Assembly: GCA_046583315.1 (NCBI GenBank)
Contig: JAYGCN010000290.1
Span: 1 to 11,652 of the forward strand
Source of the DNA: Candidatus Hydrogenedentota bacterium
GTDB lineage: Bacteria; Hydrogenedentota; Hydrogenedentia; Hydrogenedentales; GCA-2746185
DNA: 11,652 bases
Direction of reading: 5' to 3'
This document shows positions 1 through 8,553 of the stretch, piece after piece. The notes below the pieces were generated by a model. It made no database searches, was not told the origin of the DNA, and saw only the letters and a program-made list of their open reading frames with translations. Position 1 is the stretch's first letter; each line of letters begins with the position of its first letter. Made by a program: the position numbers and the translations under genes.

Positions 1-348
1 CCCATGGAAGATGGACAACCCAAAGTCATCATTGAAGACGAGGTGCTCGAGAACCCCGTCGAAGCCGATTACGCCTCCCAGGGTCGCGGACAACAGTTCT
101 ATATGCGCTTTTGCATCACCTGCCACGGCAAAGACGGTAAAGGGGATACAGAAATGCGCGAATTCCTCGATACTGCCCCCAGCGACCTCACCGATTCCAA
201 TTGGTTGTATGGCAACCGCGACGGTGATATATTCAAAATAATCAAAGAAGGTACCGAAAACGAAATGGAAGCCTTTGAGGATCGACTCGTTGACGAACGA
301 ATCTGGCACGTCGTCAACTACGTCCGCACACTGGCCAAGAAAAATTGA
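1..348 (+). CDS. c-type monoheme cytochrome domain (class I, cbb3-III/c6-like); probably 5'-truncated by the window edge
   Basis: CITCH heme motif at 112-126, preceded by NPV..D..S..RG...Y. Typical APSDLT..W.YG..DG.IF..I..G and candidate axial Met (EMEAF), then a C-terminal [11 protein letters not shown] helix. The frame is open from base 1 with no signal peptide visible, so the true start is likely upstream. Ends in TGA TGA. Confidence 0.9.
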   Translation, partial: PMEDGQPKVIIEDEVLENPVEADYASQGRGQQFYMRFCITCHGKDGKGDTEMREFLDTAPSDLTDSNWLYGNRDGDIFKIIKEGTENEMEAFEDRLVDERIWHVVNYVRTLAKKN

Positions 349-379
349 TGAACACAAAGTTGTCCACCCGGAGAAGATT

Positions 380-2347
380 ATGAGCGAGAAAGCAGAGACC
401 AAAACCAAATCTACCGAAGAACCCGTCAACGCGAGTCGACGCACCTTCATGAAATCAGCCGCAGCGGGCGCGGGAGCCGTGAGTGCCGCAATGGCCGCGC
501 AACATGCTGAAGCCTCCACTCCAGACGACTACACGAATATCGCCGCGCCCACCGAATTCTTTGACGGCGTCGAAGACCACGCCGAAACCCCCTTCCAATT
601 CCCGGCCAGGGGCGCCGACATCTTCGCGAAGGCTTGTAAAGACGAAGGCCTGGCCGCGCTCTTCTGCTGCCCCGGCAACTATTCAATTCTCTCCGCACTC
701 GCCAACCAGGGCATTCCAACCTACGGCGGTCGCCAGGAAGGCCAGATGACTTCTGCGGCCGATGCCTTCATTCGCGTGACCGGTGAAGTTGCTGCCGCCT
801 CAGGAACAGAAGGCCCGGGATTCACCAACATGATCTGCGCCATCGCTGCAGCCCACGCCTGCCACACACCCCTGCTCGTGCTTGCCAGCAACATGTCCCT
901 GCGCGGAGACGATACCCAGCGCGGAATCCAGCGCGGATACCAGCAGCCCACTACCGAAGGCATCAAAAAATATGGGAAACGTATCGTCAGCAAGGAACGC
1001 GTTCACGAATACGCGGGTTATGCATTCCGCCAACTGAAGTCCGGCGTACCGGGCCCCGTGCATCTGGATTTCGTATCGGAGGCCGCTGGTCGGGCGTCCA
1101 CCATTGAAAGTCCGCTAGACCTCGATGCCTATTACGACAAAACCAAGTACCGTACCGAGGCCAAGGCCTATCCCGATCCCAAAGACATTGACAAAGCCAT
1201 CGACATGATCAAAAAGGCCAAGCGCCCCATGATTGTCGCCAGCATGGGTGTCTTCTACAGCAAGGCCTGGGATGAATTACGCGCCTTCGCTGAGAAAACC
1301 GATATACCGGTGGTGGAATCCGGTCCGACACGTGGTCACTTCTCCGATGGCCACCGCCTCTCCGCGAGCACCTCGCCGAGCGCCATCTACAGCGTCGACC
1401 TCGCCATTCTTATCGGTCAATATTGCATGCCCACCATCGGCGAATACCCCTTCGACATCGATTGCAAATATATCCGCATCGATAAAAGCGCCGAAGACAT
1501 CGGACGTAACCTGCCCATCGATCTGGGTATCATTGCAGACGAACGGGCAGCCCTCGACGAGCTCGCCGCCAAAGCACCTGCCATGAAACACGACAGCTGG
1601 GTAGCCGAAGTCGCCGCTGCCCGCGTCGAGTTTGAAAAAGAAAATGATGCACACTACAAAACAGGATTGGGGTACACCGACGCGGTACACCCCGCAGTCA
1701 TGTCCACCGAACTCTCCAAATTCCTGTACCGCTCCGATATTCCCAAAGAACAGACCACCGTCGCCTCAGGCGGATTCGGAATTGGCCGTTATATGCGACG
1801 TCGCCTGCGCGCATACCGACCCGGTCAAATCAGTAACGGTGCCTATCAATACGGCTCCATCGGCCCGGATGTGGGATACACCTTCGGCGTGGGCGTGGCT
1901 GTGAAACGTGGCATCGGTGCACAAAAAGCCTATCAAGGCGGACCCGTCATCGGTATCACCGGGGATGCTGGCTTCGGCTATTCCGGTATGGAAATCGATA
2001 CGCTGTGCAAATACAAAATTCCCGCCATCATCATCGTGTACAACAACAACGCCTGGGGGACCTGGTCCGGATACAGCAAAATGAAACGCGTTGCGCACGT
2101 CCACCTCTTCCAGGAAAACCTGCGCTACGACCTCATGGCCAAAGCGCTCGGCGGGAATGGAGAATACGTCACCAAACCCGAAGACTTTACCCCCGCACTC
2201 GAACGCGCCTGGAAAGTCGCCGTGGACGACAGCATGCCCACCGTCATCAACTGCCAGGCCAAAAAAGAATTCTGGTCCGGCGGTAAAGACTGGGCACCCG
2301 GCATGCTCGGCAAAGTTGAACCGGGCTGCATGTCCTACAGCCACTAG
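380..2347 (+). CDS. Thiamine diphosphate-dependent enzyme (acetolactate synthase superfamily, closest in motif to oxalyl-CoA decarboxylase/2-hydroxyacyl-CoA lyase) with a Tat signal peptide
   Basis: GGAGA RBS before ATG 380. Catalytic Glu in GGRQEG, GPGFTN, PGPVHLD, AKRPMI, and ThDP/Mg motif [30 protein letters not shown]-terminal SRRTFMK followed by an Ala-rich h-region and an AEA cleavage site. Confidence 0.9.
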   Translation: MSEKAETKTKSTEEPVNASRRTFMKSAAAGAGAVSAAMAAQHAEASTPDDYTNIAAPTEFFDGVEDHAETPFQFPARGADIFAKACKDEGLAALFCCPGNYSILSALANQGIPTYGGRQEGQMTSAADAFIRVTGEVAAASGTEGPGFTNMICAIAAAHACHTPLLVLASNMSLRGDDTQRGIQRGYQQPTTEGIKKYGKRIVSKERVHEYAGYAFRQLKSGVPGPVHLDFVSEAAGRASTIESPLDLDAYYDKTKYRTEAKAYPDPKDIDKAIDMIKKAKRPMIVASMGVFYSKAWDELRAFAEKTDIPVVESGPTRGHFSDGHRLSASTSPSAIYSVDLAILIGQYCMPTIGEYPFDIDCKYIRIDKSAEDIGRNLPIDLGIIADERAALDELAAKAPAMKHDSWVAEVAAARVEFEKENDAHYKTGLGYTDAVHPAVMSTELSKFLYRSDIPKEQTTVASGGFGIGRYMRRRLRAYRPGQISNGAYQYGSIGPDVGYTFGVGVAVKRGIGAQKAYQGGPVIGITGDAGFGYSGMEIDTLCKYKIPAIIIVYNNNAWGTWSGYSKMKRVAHVHLFQENLRYDLMAKALGGNGEYVTKPEDFTPALERAWKVAVDDSMPTVINCQAKKEFWSGGKDWAPGMLGKVEPGCMSYSH

Positions 2348-2373
2348 TATTTGCCAAACCGTTATTAACATTT

Positions 2374-2408
2374 CAGACGGTCGCACTCACGCGGCCGTCT
2401 GTTTTTTT
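2374..2408 (+). terminator. Rho-independent terminator
   Basis: 11-bp stem CAGACGGTCGC/GCGGCCGTCTG (one G-U), 6-nt loop, then T7, just after the ThDP gene stop. Confidence 0.85.
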
Positions 2409-2422
2409 CAAGGAACGCCTCC

Positions 2423-2896
2423 ATGGCCGAATCACATCTCGCTACCGTTCGAAAAAAATTGCAGAACTACGCCGACCGCGGAGTCTTTCGCGCCTACGCC
2501 GAAGTAAAACGATCCCCTTCCAAAACTGAGTTTCAATTCGTCTGGCTCGAGGACGCCCGCTTCAACCTCATCGTCGATCATGAAAAAGGCACCATGCAAC
2601 TCAAGAATCTTTTGCCCGATGTCACCTCGCATGATTTTCTCGATTCCGATCTGCGCGACTTCATCAAATCACGAAGCGATAAATCATTGCCAGCGCACCG
2701 TCGTCTCGATCCCAAGCGCGGCACACTGGCCTACACCAACAGAAAATCGGCGGTATCCCTTACCCTGACCGTGCACAAGAACCAATACGCCTACGCCACA
2801 ACCAAAATACTCAACATCACAAACGAACTTTTCGCCCATCTACACTTGCACCACCCCCCCTATCTTTGGGCCAATTTCGATGTTCCGGAAGAATAA
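2423..2896 (+). CDS. Hypothetical cytoplasmic protein, 157 aa
   Basis: AAGGA RBS at about 2410-2414, host-like codon usage, globular alpha/beta-looking sequence; no motif recognised. Confidence 0.8.
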   Translation: MAESHLATVRKKLQNYADRGVFRAYAEVKRSPSKTEFQFVWLEDARFNLIVDHEKGTMQLKNLLPDVTSHDFLDSDLRDFIKSRSDKSLPAHRRLDPKRGTLAYTNRKSAVSLTLTVHKNQYAYATTKILNITNELFAHLHLHHPPYLWANFDVPEE

Positions 2897-3114
2897 TTCG
2901 CATTTTTCGCTATTTGGAGTCATGAAAATACTCACTGTTACCTAAATTAAGTAGAAGATAATTAACCGTTTATGTATCCTTAACACCGTATCGATTAAGG
3001 CACAATAGGCGAAAAATGGTGTTAAGTCTTGAGTGGCTTTCGTTACTATCGAAAGCACCGTTCGGTGAAACCTACAGTACGATGAAAACGAGCCTACTTT
3101 CAGGAGAACCAACT

Positions 3115-4431
3115 ATGCGTTATTGGCTGCGACCCCTTCACTTGGGAACCGCCCTCATCACCGGCATCGCGATGTCCTCGTCCGCATTTGCTGCCGGCGG
3201 TCAGGTCACTTTCACCAAAGACGTGCTCCCGATTTTCCAGGAGAACTGTCAGGAATGCCACCGCGCATCCGGGCTGAATCTCTCTGGCATGGTCGCACCC
3301 ATGTCTCTCACCAGCTACCAGGAAGCACGCCCATGGGCGAAATCGATCGCAAAGGTCGTCAGTGAAAAATCCATGCCCCCCTGGTTCGCTTCCGAAGGAG
3401 ACCACGGGAAATTTGAACTGGAACGTGGACTCAGCGACGAAGAAATCGCGACCATCGTGAAATGGGCGCAGACCGGTGCCAAACGCGGCAATCCAAAAGA
3501 CGCTCCTGCACCAAAAGTTTTCGCATCGGCCGAAGGTTGGACACTGGGTGATCCCGACATCGTTGTAACGCTGGACGAACCTTTCTGGGTCGGTGACGAG
3601 ATTGAAGATCTACAACCCCGCTTTGACACCTATCTGACGACCGACCAACTCGACGAAGACAAATGGATCAAATGGGTGGAGTTCCGACCCGGCTCAACGA
3701 TCGTTCACCACGGTGGCGCGCGCGTGCAGCCAGTTGACGAAAACAAAGAATCAATTATCGATCCCGTCAGCGGCGGAAAAATTATCGGTACCGCTCTCGG
3801 CGATGGTCCAGACCAATGGCCCGAAGGCTACGGAAAACTTGTGCGCAAGGGTTCCAAAGTCACATTCGGCATCCACTACAACAAAGAACCCGGTCCCGGC
3901 ACAGGCGTATACGACCAGTCCTCCATCGCCATCAAATGGCACACCGAACCGGTCAAACACGTCGTACGCTCCGCTGGCATCAGTTCACGCGGCTGGGAAA
4001 TCCCGCCACAACACGACTATTGGGAAGTCGGCGCTGCCCGCACTTTCAACGAAGACTCGGTCATCCTCAACATGATGCCTCACATGCACTGGCGCGGCCG
4101 ATCGGCGCGTTACGTCTTAATCACCCCCGATGGCGAGCGCGAAACTCTGCTGGATGTCCCGAATTACGACTTCAGCTGGCAAATGACCTACTCATACAAG
4201 GAGCCCAAGTTCGTTCCCGCAGGTTCACGCCTTGAGGTAACAATGGCCTTCAATAACTCCTCGGACAACGAATGGGTACCCAATCCCGACCGTGCGGTGG
4301 GTTGGGGCAGCATGACCAAAGACGAAATGAACATTGGCTGGACCGAATACGCCAATGCAGAACCAATTGATGATATCGAAAACTACGACTTCGGTGACGT
4401 GGGAACCGGTGTCGAAGACATTGACGAATAA
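3115..4431 (+). CDS. Secreted cytochrome c / copper type II (PHM/DBH-like) monooxygenase fusion, paralogue 1 (438 aa)
   Basis: AGGAG RBS before ATG 3115; Sec signal ending AFA. CQECH at 3247-3261 and MPPW. CuH-like ligands HH (3706-3711) and H (IHY, 3874); CuM-like ligands HMH (4081-4089) and EM (Met at 4327). YDFSWQ..Y motif. Confidence 0.85.
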   Translation: MRYWLRPLHLGTALITGIAMSSSAFAAGGQVTFTKDVLPIFQENCQECHRASGLNLSGMVAPMSLTSYQEARPWAKSIAKVVSEKSMPPWFASEGDHGKFELERGLSDEEIATIVKWAQTGAKRGNPKDAPAPKVFASAEGWTLGDPDIVVTLDEPFWVGDEIEDLQPRFDTYLTTDQLDEDKWIKWVEFRPGSTIVHHGGARVQPVDENKESIIDPVSGGKIIGTALGDGPDQWPEGYGKLVRKGSKVTFGIHYNKEPGPGTGVYDQSSIAIKWHTEPVKHVVRSAGISSRGWEIPPQHDYWEVGAARTFNEDSVILNMMPHMHWRGRSARYVLITPDGERETLLDVPNYDFSWQMTYSYKEPKFVPAGSRLEVTMAFNNSSDNEWVPNPDRAVGWGSMTKDEMNIGWTEYANAEPIDDIENYDFGDVGTGVEDIDE

Positions 4432-4450
4432 ACAGCAGGAGAGCCTTAAT

Positions 4451-5734
4451 ATGTTGAAGAAGTGGATGACAGGAGTCGCAGCACTGGCAACCGTTTGCGC
4501 AGCAGGCACTACAGCAAACGCGGCGGAAAGAGAACGTATCACATTCAGTAAAGACGTGATGCCTATTATCCAGGAGAATTGCGTGCGCTGCCACCGTTCC
4601 GGCGGAGATAACATTTCCGGTATGGTTGCGCCCATGTCCCTGATGACCTACCAGGAAGTACGCCCCTGGGCCAAATCCATTGCCAAAGCCGTCGCCACCA
4701 AAAAGATGCCCCCCTGGTTCGCTACCGAAGCATCGCACGGTGTCTTCTCCAACGAACGCGGCCTGACCCCCGAAGAAATCGAAACCATCGTCTCATGGGT
4801 ACAAAGCGGCGTGGTACGAGGCAATCCCTCCGACATGCCCGAACCCGTCACCTTCGAATCTGACGGTGGCTGGCTCACCGGTGTACCCGATCTGATCGTC
4901 CGCATGCCGGAAGCCTACTTTGTCGAAGACGACGTTGAAGATCTCTACCAAAGTTTTACCACCGCCCCCATCTCACGTGACCTGATACCAAAGAATACCT
5001 GGCTCAAAGCGATTGAATGGCGTGGCGACTCCGAAGTCGTGCATCACATCGTAGGATCCGCAGCCGTCGAGGGTGAAATGAATGAAAACGGCCTTCCAAA
5101 GCGCTACAGCCTCGGCTCCATCGCTCCCGGCGAAGAAGGCACCTTGTTCCCCGAAGGCCACGGCATTATGCTGCCCGTCGATTCCAAAATCCACTTCAAT
5201 ATGCACTACCACAAAGAAGCTGGCCCCGGCACCGGAAGAATGGACCAGTCCATGGTCGGATTCCAATTCTGGGACGAAGAAAAAGATCCCGAAATCATCC
5301 ATCCCGTAAGCCGCAACGGCATCTCGCACCGCTGGTTCGAAATTCCACCCGGAGTACCCTCCTGGGAAGTCGGCGCGTCCAAAACGTTCACCGTAGACAC
5401 GAACATCATGTCGTTGCACCCGCACATGCACCTGCGCGGTAAAGACGCCAAGTACATCGCCTACTACCCAGACGGCACCCAGGAAACACTGGTCACCGTA
5501 CCCAACTTCGACTTCAACTGGCAGCTGGACTACTTCTACGCAGAACCCAAACAAGTACCTGCTGGTACGCGCGTGGAATTCACTGTGCATTACGACAATT
5601 CCGCCGACAACGAGTACAACCCCGACCACACCATTCCCATGAGCTGGGGCGGTCCGACCACCTCCGAAATGATGATCGGATACATTTCCTACACCAATAC
5701 CGAGCCGGTATCCACGAAAGATTCAACCGACTAG
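4451..5734 (+). CDS. Secreted cytochrome c / copper type II (PHM/DBH-like) monooxygenase fusion, paralogue 2 (427 aa)
   Basis: AGGAGAG RBS before ATG 4451; Sec signal ending ANA. CVRCH at 4580-4594 and MPPW. HH (5042-5047), H (MHY, 5204), HMH (5423-5431), EM (Met at 5669), FDFNWQ..Y. Colinear with paralogue 1. Confidence 0.85.
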   Translation: MLKKWMTGVAALATVCAAGTTANAAERERITFSKDVMPIIQENCVRCHRSGGDNISGMVAPMSLMTYQEVRPWAKSIAKAVATKKMPPWFATEASHGVFSNERGLTPEEIETIVSWVQSGVVRGNPSDMPEPVTFESDGGWLTGVPDLIVRMPEAYFVEDDVEDLYQSFTTAPISRDLIPKNTWLKAIEWRGDSEVVHHIVGSAAVEGEMNENGLPKRYSLGSIAPGEEGTLFPEGHGIMLPVDSKIHFNMHYHKEAGPGTGRMDQSMVGFQFWDEEKDPEIIHPVSRNGISHRWFEIPPGVPSWEVGASKTFTVDTNIMSLHPHMHLRGKDAKYIAYYPDGTQETLVTVPNFDFNWQLDYFYAEPKQVPAGTRVEFTVHYDNSADNEYNPDHTIPMSWGGPTTSEMMIGYISYTNTEPVSTKDSTD

Positions 5735-5769
5735 AAGGCTCAGCCTAAAACGAAAGAGGTAACGTAAGA

Positions 5770-6432
5770 ATGAGTGACATCGTACGAAAAATTCTGACCG
5801 CATCAATATGTCTTGCAATGGCATTCACATGCGCACTGAGTACCCCTGCCTTCGCACAAGAAGGTGAAGACGACCCGAAGGAATCCGAAGCAACGTCCAC
5901 CGAGGGTGAAGATGAGGCAGGCGACGAGGACGCAGCCCTGGCTGCAGCACGCCGTCGCTACGGACCCAATAAATCCACGGCCACCATCGACGAGAAGGAA
6001 ATCTTCCTCATCGGTAGCAGACTGCCCATCGAAGAAGACCCGGATTACCCCAACGTGGACGCAATCAAAGACGGTCAGTTTCTGGTAACCACCCTTGGAC
6101 AAGCCATCAAACTCTCCACCCAATTCGATCTCAAATTCGGCGACACCCTAATCAAGAATGCCAATTTCGCGCCCGATTATCCCGGCGTCTACAGCGTATG
6201 GCTCAAGAAAAATGGTAGCGGCTGGATCATGGTATTCAACGAGAAACCCGATGTTTGGGGCACCATGCACAAAGACGAATTCGATGTCGGTCAGGCCAAC
6301 GCAACCTACACCAAACTCGACGAGCCAAAAGAAGGCCTCAAGTTTGATGTGAAGGCAGAAGGCGGTTCAGGCTCAGTGACCATCGCCTGGGGCGAACACC
6401 AGTGGAGTTCAGCCTTCACAATCCAACCCTAG
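5770..6432 (+). CDS. Secreted protein with acidic linker and DUF2911-like beta domain
   Basis: GAGGT RBS; signal peptide ending AFA; Glu/Asp-rich linker. The C-terminal GVYSVW...W.MVFN.....WGT.H....DV...E.L......G...IAWG pattern resembles DUF2911. Confidence 0.7.
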   Translation: MSDIVRKILTASICLAMAFTCALSTPAFAQEGEDDPKESEATSTEGEDEAGDEDAALAAARRRYGPNKSTATIDEKEIFLIGSRLPIEEDPDYPNVDAIKDGQFLVTTLGQAIKLSTQFDLKFGDTLIKNANFAPDYPGVYSVWLKKNGSGWIMVFNEKPDVWGTMHKDEFDVGQANATYTKLDEPKEGLKFDVKAEGGSGSVTIAWGEHQWSSAFTIQP

Positions 6433-6461
6433 CATGACGTGAACCAACATAAGCGATTCAA

Positions 6462-6497
6462 AAGCGGGGCTATCGACGATGGCCCCGCTTCTTTTAT
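6462..6497 (+). terminator. Rho-independent terminator closing the 3115-6432 three-gene unit
   Basis: 13-bp stem AAGCGGGGCTATC/GATGGCCCCGCTT (one G-U), GAC loop, followed by CTTTTAT. Confidence 0.8.
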
Positions 6498-6534
6498 AGG
6501 TTTCGAGATTTCATTCACGAAAAGGACTAGCTTC

Positions 6535-8553
6535 ATGAGCCCAAGTTCCACCAAACGTTCTCTTTATTGGCTAATGGGATTACTCATCGTCTGTGTACTC
6601 CCCCCCGCATCCGCACAAACCACCAACGGCGAATGGCGCTCCTACGGCGGCGACCTGGCCAGCTCCAAATATTCACCGCTCGATCAAATCAACGCCGACA
6701 ACTTCAGCAATCTCGAAATCGCCTTCCGATGGAAATCCGTCGATGCCTTCCTGAACAAAACCGTAGCCGGCGGCGAATGGACGAGCAGCTCCACCAACAT
6801 CTTTGCCGAACTCCAAAAAGAAAATCCCGATCGTTGGCGCGGTGAACGCGAACCCCGTCTCGCCAGTCTCAAAGCCACGCCCCTCATGGTCGACGGCATC
6901 CTCTACATGGTCACCGCGCTCTACCAGGCCGCGGCCATCGACGCCCGCACCGGCGAAACCCTCTGGGTCTACAATCCCAAAAGCTACGAAGCCGGCACCC
7001 CCACCATGTCCATCTACTGGCAACACCGCGGCCCCGCCTACTGGACCGATGGCCTCGAATCCCGAATCCTCTGGGGCACCGGCGATGGGTATCTCTACTC
7101 CGTCGACGCCAAAACAGGCCACCCCAACGCTGACTTCGGCGAAAACGGTCGCGTCGACCTCACCAAAACAATCCCACGTGCCCAACGCGGCGGAAAAGAC
7201 TACCTCAACGCGCTCCTTTACTCCTGCGCATCGCCTCCTCTTGTTATCGGCGACGTCATCGTCACCGGTGCCTCCATTGCCGATCGCCGAGTCGTCAAAG
7301 AATCCCCTCCCGGATGGGTCCGCGGCTGGAACGTGAAAACAGGCGAACTCAAATGGACCTTCAAGACCGTGCCCGAAGGCGAAGAGCTCGGCGCGGACAC
7401 TTGGGAAAATGATTCCTGGAAATACTCCGGCGGTGCGAACGTCTGGACACAGATGAGTGCCGACCCCGAACTGGGTTACGTCTACTTACCCACCGGCACC
7501 GGCACAAACGACTTCTACGGCGGCGATCGACTCGGCGACAACCTTTTCGCTGAATCCCTCATCTGCGTGGATGCTGAAACCGGCGCGCGCATCTGGCATT
7601 TCCAGATGATTCACCACGGCGTATGGGATTACGACAATCCCGCCGCGCCCAACCTGCTCGACATCACCGTCGACGGAAAAGTCATTAAAGCCGTCGCGCA
7701 AATCACCAAACAAGGATACGTCTACGCCTTCAACCGTGAAACCGGCGAACCCATCTGGCCCATCGAAGAAACACCCGTCGACACCAATACCGACATGCCC
7801 GGCGAACGCCTCTCCCCCACGCAACCCATCCCCACCAAACCCGCGCCCTTCGAATACCAGGGTGCCAGCGAAGACGACCTGATCGATTTCACACCCGAAA
7901 TAAAAGAAGCCGCGCTCAAAGAATTGGCCCAATACAAAATCGGCCCACTCTTTACACCACCCGGCAAAAAAGGCACCATCATGCGACCCGGACTCGGAGG
8001 TGGCGCGAACTGGACCGGCGCGGCAGTGGACCCCGAAACCGGAATGTTGTACATCCCCTCACGCAGCGGACACTCCGTCGTACACTTCTACACCCCCGGC
8101 GACGACCTCGGCGGCAATCTCAAATACACCCACGGCGCACGCGGTGGACGCGGTGCAGGCCCCTTCCAGTTGCCCCTCTTCAAGCCCCCCTACTCCCGCA
8201 TGACCGCCATCGACATGAACACCGGCGACCACGCCTGGATGGTCCCCACCGGAGCCGGTAACCACGTGCGCGATCATGAAAAACTCAAAGACCTCAACTT
8301 ACCCCCCGTGGGCGGCGATGCACGCACCGGCCCCCTGCTCACCAAAACCTTACTCATCTACGGAGAAAGCCCCCGAGACGGCTCCCACGCCCTCGTAGCC
8401 CTCGACAAAACCAACGGATACATCCTCGGTCGAGTCTCCATCCCCGGCCGCCCAATAGGCACCCCCATGACCTACCAACTCGATGAAAAACAATATATAG
8501 CCGTAACCGTATCAGCCAGCCCGCCGGAGTTAGTTACCCTCGCCCTGCCCTAA
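6535..8553 (+). CDS. Soluble periplasmic PQQ-dependent dehydrogenase (quinoprotein glucose dehydrogenase-like beta-propeller)
   Basis: AAGGA RBS before ATG 6535; Sec signal ending ASA. Motifs EWRSYGGD...KYSPLDQIN..N, ATPLMVDG.LY, AIDARTGETLW, GGANVW..MSAD, WHFQ..HHGVWDYDNPAAP, GGGANW.GAAVDP and GTPMTY....QYIAV. No gcd-type N-terminal membrane anchor, no CxxCH and no vicinal Cys-Cys. Confidence 0.92.
   Translation: MSPSSTKRSLYWLMGLLIVCVLPPASAQTTNGEWRSYGGDLASSKYSPLDQINADNFSNLEIAFRWKSVDAFLNKTVAGGEWTSSSTNIFAELQKENPDRWRGEREPRLASLKATPLMVDGILYMVTALYQAAAIDARTGETLWVYNPKSYEAGTPTMSIYWQHRGPAYWTDGLESRILWGTGDGYLYSVDAKTGHPNADFGENGRVDLTKTIPRAQRGGKDYLNALLYSCASPPLVIGDVIVTGASIADRRVVKESPPGWVRGWNVKTGELKWTFKTVPEGEELGADTWENDSWKYSGGANVWTQMSADPELGYVYLPTGTGTNDFYGGDRLGDNLFAESLICVDAETGARIWHFQMIHHGVWDYDNPAAPNLLDITVDGKVIKAVAQITKQGYVYAFNRETGEPIWPIEETPVDTNTDMPGERLSPTQPIPTKPAPFEYQGASEDDLIDFTPEIKEAALKELAQYKIGPLFTPPGKKGTIMRPGLGGGANWTGAAVDPETGMLYIPSRSGHSVVHFYTPGDDLGGNLKYTHGARGGRGAGPFQLPLFKPPYSRMTAIDMNTGDHAWMVPTGAGNHVRDHEKLKDLNLPPVGGDARTGPLLTKTLLIYGESPRDGSHALVALDKTNGYILGRVSIPGRPIGTPMTYQLDEKQYIAVTVSASPPELVTLALP

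Noticed and set aside
3036..3067. Small hairpins GCTTTCG/CGAAAGC and CACCG/CGGTG upstream of 3115
   Set aside because: Short, with no U-tract or riboswitch signature; cannot be distinguished from chance.
275..6534. Longer ORF-track starts at 275, 3016, 4334 and 6439
   Set aside because: Three overlap upstream genes or a terminator, and all would bury the signal peptides; RBS-supported starts are 380, 3115, 4451 and 6535.
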